Origin: Octopus bimaculoides
Lineage: Eukaryota
NCBI RefSeq assembly: GCF_001194135.2
Contig: NC_068981.1
Span: 115,947,934-115,989,438, forward strand
Direction of reading: 5' to 3'
DNA length: 41,505 bases
The stretch's first letter is position 1. Every line of letters begins with the position of its first letter. Positions 36,431 through 41,505 of the stretch are shown here, piece after piece. The notes below the pieces were generated by a model. It was not told the origin of the DNA. It made no database searches and worked only from the letters and a program-made list of their open reading frames with translations. A program made the translations under genes and the position numbers.

Positions 36431-38438
36431 GCATTATACAAACAACAAATATATAAATAAACTGTACAAAAAACATTAAACCAGACATGCACGAACACTG
36501 GCACACACATTCTTCAAACATACACGCACACACAAACACTTCAGCCTGTACACATATATACATACTGACATAGATGCGTGAGTCTCGAAGCAATTAAAAA
36601 ATGGGAATTAGCAATTTTGCTTTGATGAGTTATGGTTTATTTAATTCCATCGGTATCGCTGTACTCATTAGGAAGTGATAACTCGGCATGGTGTCGTAGA
36701 AATTGGACAATAAAGAAAACATCGCTTGAAGAATTCATATGCTCCACAAGACTCATTTACACGTACATGTACACACAAACATACAACTACAAACATATAA
36801 ACATACATGCGCTCATACATACATACATACGTACGTACGTACATACATACATACATACGCACACATACATACATATATACACACATTTACACATTTATAT
36901 GCACATACATACAGACAGAAATACATATGTATGTATGCATATGTGTGTGTGTATACGTGTGTGCGTGTATACACACACATGCATGTCACATATGGTGATT
37001 TTTACACATGTGAGAAGTGCAATTAAACGAAGAAAGTACTAAATACTGTTGAGCAGAAACGAGCAATATTTATTACATTCATTGAAAACTCAGTTTGCGT
37101 GTGTCTCAAATCGGAGTTGTCATCCTCATTCGTATTATATTTATATAAATATATATGTATACACACACGTACAGACAATCACACGTACACATATATGCGT
37201 ATGTATATATATGATTTAATATTGTCTGGGTAATAATTTTATAGCCTGCTTTCCAAAGCTTCTCTCCGAGTATCGGCTACCAGATGCTGTCATGCAGTAT
37301 GACTGCTCCATTTACTGGATATGCATGTGGTAATCAGCAAGTATCCGTAGAGTATATACAAAAGAATTTTATACGAGGTGGAATGAACAGGCTTTATTTC
37401 ATATCACTACAATTGCTTCGGTGCATCATTGTTAGCTGGCAATTTCAGAATGTTACACATATTATGCACATTATTGCATTTATATGATCCAACAATACCT
37501 GTTGGATCCTTGTTAGCAATTAATATGCACGTGTCAGTTGCCAGGGACGTGTTTAAGAAGTAAACACGTCTAAACCTAATGGTATTCGTGGATAGTTGAT
37601 GGGTTGGATGTGGTGCTGACTAAAGAATAACTCTTGAAATATGCATATGCACCCATTACCTAATTTTCTATGTTCAATCACCGTATTTGTTTTTGAAACA
37701 TCAAAACTTGCAACGCTGTCACCAAATTCAATAGAAAATCAATAGAGATGAGCTTAAAATGACTATATACACATATACCTTATCATATTACCTGTCTGTA
37801 GCCCCCTCTATTGTAAATATATATCTTCTTTTCACACATATCTCATTCGCTAACTGCCCTGTTATTATTACCACATAAGCTGTTGACTCTACGCTGCCAA
37901 CTTCCACCTCTCTATCTTGTCTATTAGTTTTTTCTCTCGCCCTTCCTTGTCTTAAAGTACGGCTGCTACTTTTTTCTTCCATCATAATGGTAACAGGAAA
38001 ATCAACCAACAAAGCCTTGTTCGTGACTTAAGATTTTATATCTGAAGAAATTATATATTCAAGTTTAAAATATTGAGAATGGTACAGATGTTTTGCTTCA
38101 TTCTGGATTCATTGAAATACTAATTAAATCGGGAAAATTAATTAAAGAGTAGTCTAGAAAAGAAATAAATGCGGGAAAATACAGCAAATACTGTATTCTA
38201 AATAGCCTGAAATAATAATTTCAAATACAAGGATTTAGACATTAATTGTTAAATATGATAATGGGTAAACGAAATGGTAAACTTGTGTGTATCGAATCAT
38301 TTAATATAATTATGAAAAAAGGAAGTGCAAGGGTGAAAGAAAATATAGTGAAGGTTTGAGTCGAACAAATCAAGTACACACACACACACATACAGAGATA
38401 CACGCACACACACAAACACGCACACTCATATGTACGTA

Positions 38439-38595
38439 CGACGGGCTTCTTTCAGTTTCCTTCAACTATATTCACTCACAAAGCTTTTGCCGGTCTGAGG
38501 CAATAATAGAAGACACTTGACGGAAGTGTCGGGCAGTGGGGCTGAACACACCACCTTGTAGTTGGGAAGTAAGCTTCTTAACCACAGACACACGC
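38439..38595 (-). mobile_element. SINE family B, 5' half
   Basis: CGACGGGCTTCTTTCAGTTTCC..ATAGAAGACACTTG..GGGGCTGAAC..CTTAACCACA is the reverse complement of the family B head. Confidence 0.85.
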
Positions 38596-38796
38596 TAGCA
38601 AACACACACACACACATNNNNNNNNNNNNNNNNNNNNNNNNNNNNNNNNNNNNNNNNNNNNNNNNNNNNNNNNNNNNNNNNNNNNNNNNNNNNNNNNNNN
38701 NNNNNNNNNNNNNNNNNNNNNNNNNNNNNNNNNNNNNNNNNNNNNNNNNNNNNNNNNNNNNNNNNNNNNNNNNNNNNNTATATATATACATATATA

Positions 38797-39593
38797 TTAG
38801 GTCATCTCATAAATAATGCAGTTCTTTCAATTGCATGCACTAAAAAACGGCGGGGGGACGAGATAAACTACCTGCATCAACTTGCAATAAAAGCAGGTAG
38901 TAATTTTACCTTGCTTATTCTTAGTGCGAATTTTGAAGAGTGCAGTTCGATTTTAACAGTTATTTTTTTCAAAGCTATAATGGAAGAGACAAAGGAGCAT
39001 CTTCGGCATATTTTGATTTATGAGTTCAAAAAAGGCAACAACACAACGGAAATTGCGTGGAATATTAATGCAGTATAAGGGGATCGGACAATAAGCGTAA
39101 GCCATTGTCAACGGTGGTTCCAGAAATTCCGAGCTCGAAACTACAGCCTAGAAGACGAGCCTCTTACTGGAAGATCAGTAGAGCTCAACGAGGACGTCCT
39201 GCAAAGAAAATCTCATCGTAAAATCTCAAGCGGAGGAACTCGGATTTGGTTATCATTCAACGACACCTGCATGCCATCGGAAAAGGGAACAAATTGTGTC
39301 AATGGATTCCTCACAAACTTTTAGAGTCTAATCGCGCGTTGAAAGTGGATGTGTGCTCTTCCTTGCTGTTATGTCTCACGAATGAACCTTCTTTCGACCG
39401 AATAGTGACTGATGACGAGAAACGAGTCCTCTACAAAAATCTCAAGCGCCGAAGAGAATGGGTAGGGAAAGGAGAAACACCAGCACCTCAAGCTAAAGAA
39501 GGAATTGACCCCCGTAAGGTGTTGTTATCTGTTTGGTGGGATATAAAAGGTTTTGTCAACTTTGACCTTTTAAACCCAAACCAAACGATAACC
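38797..39593 (+). mobile_element. Tc1/mariner (mariner-type) transposon: 5' TIR plus decayed, 3'-truncated transposase
   Basis: TA followed by TIR-like TTAGGTCATCTCATAAATAATGC. ATG at 38980 gives MEETKEHLRHILIYEFKKG..RWFQKFR..SLEDEP.TGR (HTH), then CQWIPHKL (WVPHEL motif), RIVTDDEKR (first catalytic D) and KVLLSVWWD..LLNPNQTIT, where it is cut off. Confidence 0.95.
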
Positions 39594-39872
39594 ATCGTCA
39601 GCGCAATACATGCAAAAATATACAAACAAGTATTAGTTCAAACCCATAAAAAAGCGAGTTTGCACGTCCGTACACAAACACTTGAAAGTATAGATTGCCA
39701 AAAATGTCAGATTTAAATCTGATGACCACATGCATTTATATCAAAATAGGACAGCAGAAAATGCGGCTTTTTGATGAGGAGTAAAAATATTATGAGAAAT
39801 ATTTGCTTCTGAACTGTGGTGGTTTAAGCAGCAGGAGAAGAAGAAGAAGAAGAAGAAGAAGAAGAAGAAGAA

Positions 39873-39915
<43 letters not shown>

Positions 39916-40017
39916 GAGAAGAAGAAGAAGAAGAAGAAGAAGAAGAAGAAGAAGAAGAAGAAGAAGAAGAAGAAGAAGAAGAAGAAGAAGAAGAAGAAGA
40001 AGAAGAAGAAGAAGAAG
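39594..40017 (-). mobile_element. Probable inverted 3'/pLTR segment of the adjacent Penelope-like element, including a (CTT)n tract
   Basis: On the minus strand it reads (CTT)n, then about 240 bp of unique sequence ending ..GCGCTGACGATGG (hammerhead-core-like CTGACGA) at the mariner junction. It abuts the 5' truncation of the PLE ORF, whose own 3' side has a (CTT)n tract. Confidence 0.55.
39838..40017 (+). repeat. (GAA)n microsatellite, about 60 units
   Basis: Directly visible, with two GAG/GGA interruptions. Confidence 0.98.
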
Positions 40018-40019
40018 GG

Positions 40020-41360
40020 AGTGGTATCCTGTACTAACCTCGTCATGGGGTACCAAGAAATCACTCTTTATCGTAAGGTACTAGAAAAGTACGGAAACCC
40101 ATTCTCCCTTTACATAGAAAATAAGTGGAAAAGATATCTAGATGACTGCTTCATTCTTTGGCATGAACGTTTAGAGTGACTTAAAGAATTTCAAGTACTA
40201 ATAAATGGACTTGACATAAAACCTTCAATTTACTATGGAATATAGTCATCAACAACTTCCATTCCTCGATATTCCCATTGAGAAATCTAACAGAAAAATA
40301 GAAACAGACATTTATTATAAGCCCACCGACTCCAAACAATATATACCGTTCAACTCATGCACCCCAGACACACTAGAATGAATATCCCTTTCAATCTCGC
40401 AAAAATGATTTGCACTATAGTATCTGATACGAGCACCATGGCCACACGACTACATGAGCTAAAGGATACACTCATTAGCAGGAATTACCCACTATTCTTA
40501 ATTGATATAGGTTTTCAACGTGCCCGACAACTCAACATCTACAAACTCACACACCCCAAACTAAAGAATGAATTACAACCAAAAAGCCCTACCATACATA
40601 TCCAAACACAGCCCCCTAAACAATGAGGCCTTCGACACCATCCTCCAGAACATTCCTTTACTAAAAAGGGACCATAGAGTGAGTCAAATTCTCCAGACGC
40701 ACACCATCATAAAGAGCAAAAGACAATCCAATGAAATGTATTCTAACACAAGCCCATGTACACTCGTCAACATCGAAACCGACAGTAAAAAATGCGGAAG
40801 ACCTGACTGTGGTATATGCGTCGAACTTATTGAGGGATCGGAGTTCTTCAAACAGCATCAGCGTTTTACAGTGAAGAACAACTTCGCTTGCACTACGGAA
40901 AACCTGATGTGTTAACTTGCTCAGGGTGTTGAGAGAAATGCATAAGTCCATCTAAAAACAGTCTATGCCAGAAGATGACCGTACATAGATCCTAGATTAA
41001 AATATGGGAATAAAGAAAAATAGCATTTAGGAAGCACATCGACATTTGCGCCACTGTTGAACAACCCAACTTTAGAATTTTCCCCTCTATAAATTTAGTG
41101 ACAATGCAACCTATAATCTACGCATTAGCAAAGAATCATATTTTATCGCAAAATATAAAGCATTTGAATGCTTCCACCACTACTACCAGGATCTTGGAAT
41201 AATACTCACGCAAATATTAAAAACGATAGATATATTAAAAACAGTCGCTACCCATGAATTTATTTAAAACAACCACTACTGCTACAATCAGAACAGATCA
41301 CTTTTAGGTCACTTGAACATTAAAGTAGATTCCTCTACTACTGGGTCATCCCATCTTGCT
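40020..41360 (+). mobile_element. 5'-truncated, decayed Penelope-like element (RT plus GIY-YIG endonuclease)
   Basis: TNLVMGYQE..WKRYLDDCFILW (YLDD at 40135-40146), FTMEYSHQQLPFLD..ETDIYYKPTDSKQY, HPRHTRMNIPFNLA, KCGRPDCGIC (Cys motif), LTCSGC*EKCIS (decayed YIG) and KMTVHR..KESYFIAKYK to about 41165. A 3' trailer follows. Confidence 0.93.
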
Positions 41361-41505
41361 CTTCTTCTTCTTCTTCTTCTTCTTCTTCTTCTTCTTCTTC
41401 TTCTTCTTCTTCTTTTCTCCTTCTTTTCTCCTTCTTTTCCCCCTTCTTCTTCTTCTTCTTCTTCTTCTTCTTCTTCTTCTTCTTCTTCTTCTTCTTCTTC
41501 TTCTT
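41361..41505 (+). repeat. (CTT)n microsatellite running off the window end
   Basis: Directly visible. Confidence 0.98.

Larger units (their letters stand above)
1159..38778. other. Twelve assembly gaps (N runs), starting at about 1159, 2469, 6082, 8697, 10825, 12554, 14341, 24788, 29763, 31641, 34554 and 38618
   Basis: N characters. Most gaps abut (TA)n, (CA)n or (GA)n on at least one side, typical of short-read assembly failure at microsatellites. Confidence 0.98.

Noticed and set aside
39741-40084. Poly-F, poly-L and poly-R ORFs
   Set aside because: These are translations of the (GAA)n tract.

Overview
Eukaryotic (metazoan), AT-rich, repeat-saturated intronic or intergenic DNA from a draft assembly. 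It has 12 N-gaps totalling roughly 4.3 kb, most abutting (TA)n, (CA)n or (GA)n runs. The tRNA-derived SINE families and extreme microsatellite load suggest a coleoid cephalopod, probably Octopus (inference from recalled repeat families, not a database result). No intact protein-coding gene, RNA gene or CRISPR array is supported, and almost every ORF in the supplied track is a microsatellite or N-gap artefact. What is present is decayed mobile DNA: two R4/Dong-like non-LTR retrotransposons with a restriction-like endonuclease (RLE), two Penelope-like element (PLE) fragments plus a hammerhead-like terminal piece, an RTE LINE 3' end, a mariner, a Chapaev-like transposon, an hAT MITE with intact TIR and TSD, a foldback element and about 15 SINE copies. 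The most interesting signals are: (i) several retroelements that each end in, and sit inside, a different microsatellite (AAT, CATA, TATC, CTT); (ii) an RLE LINE whose 5' truncation point is fused to an inverted copy of its own family's 3' UTR, an architecture normally associated with PLEs; (iii) a PLE with the same layout, giving a testable prediction beyond the window edge; and (iv) a minimal hammerhead-like motif with a core substitution. Novelty cannot be established without database searches.
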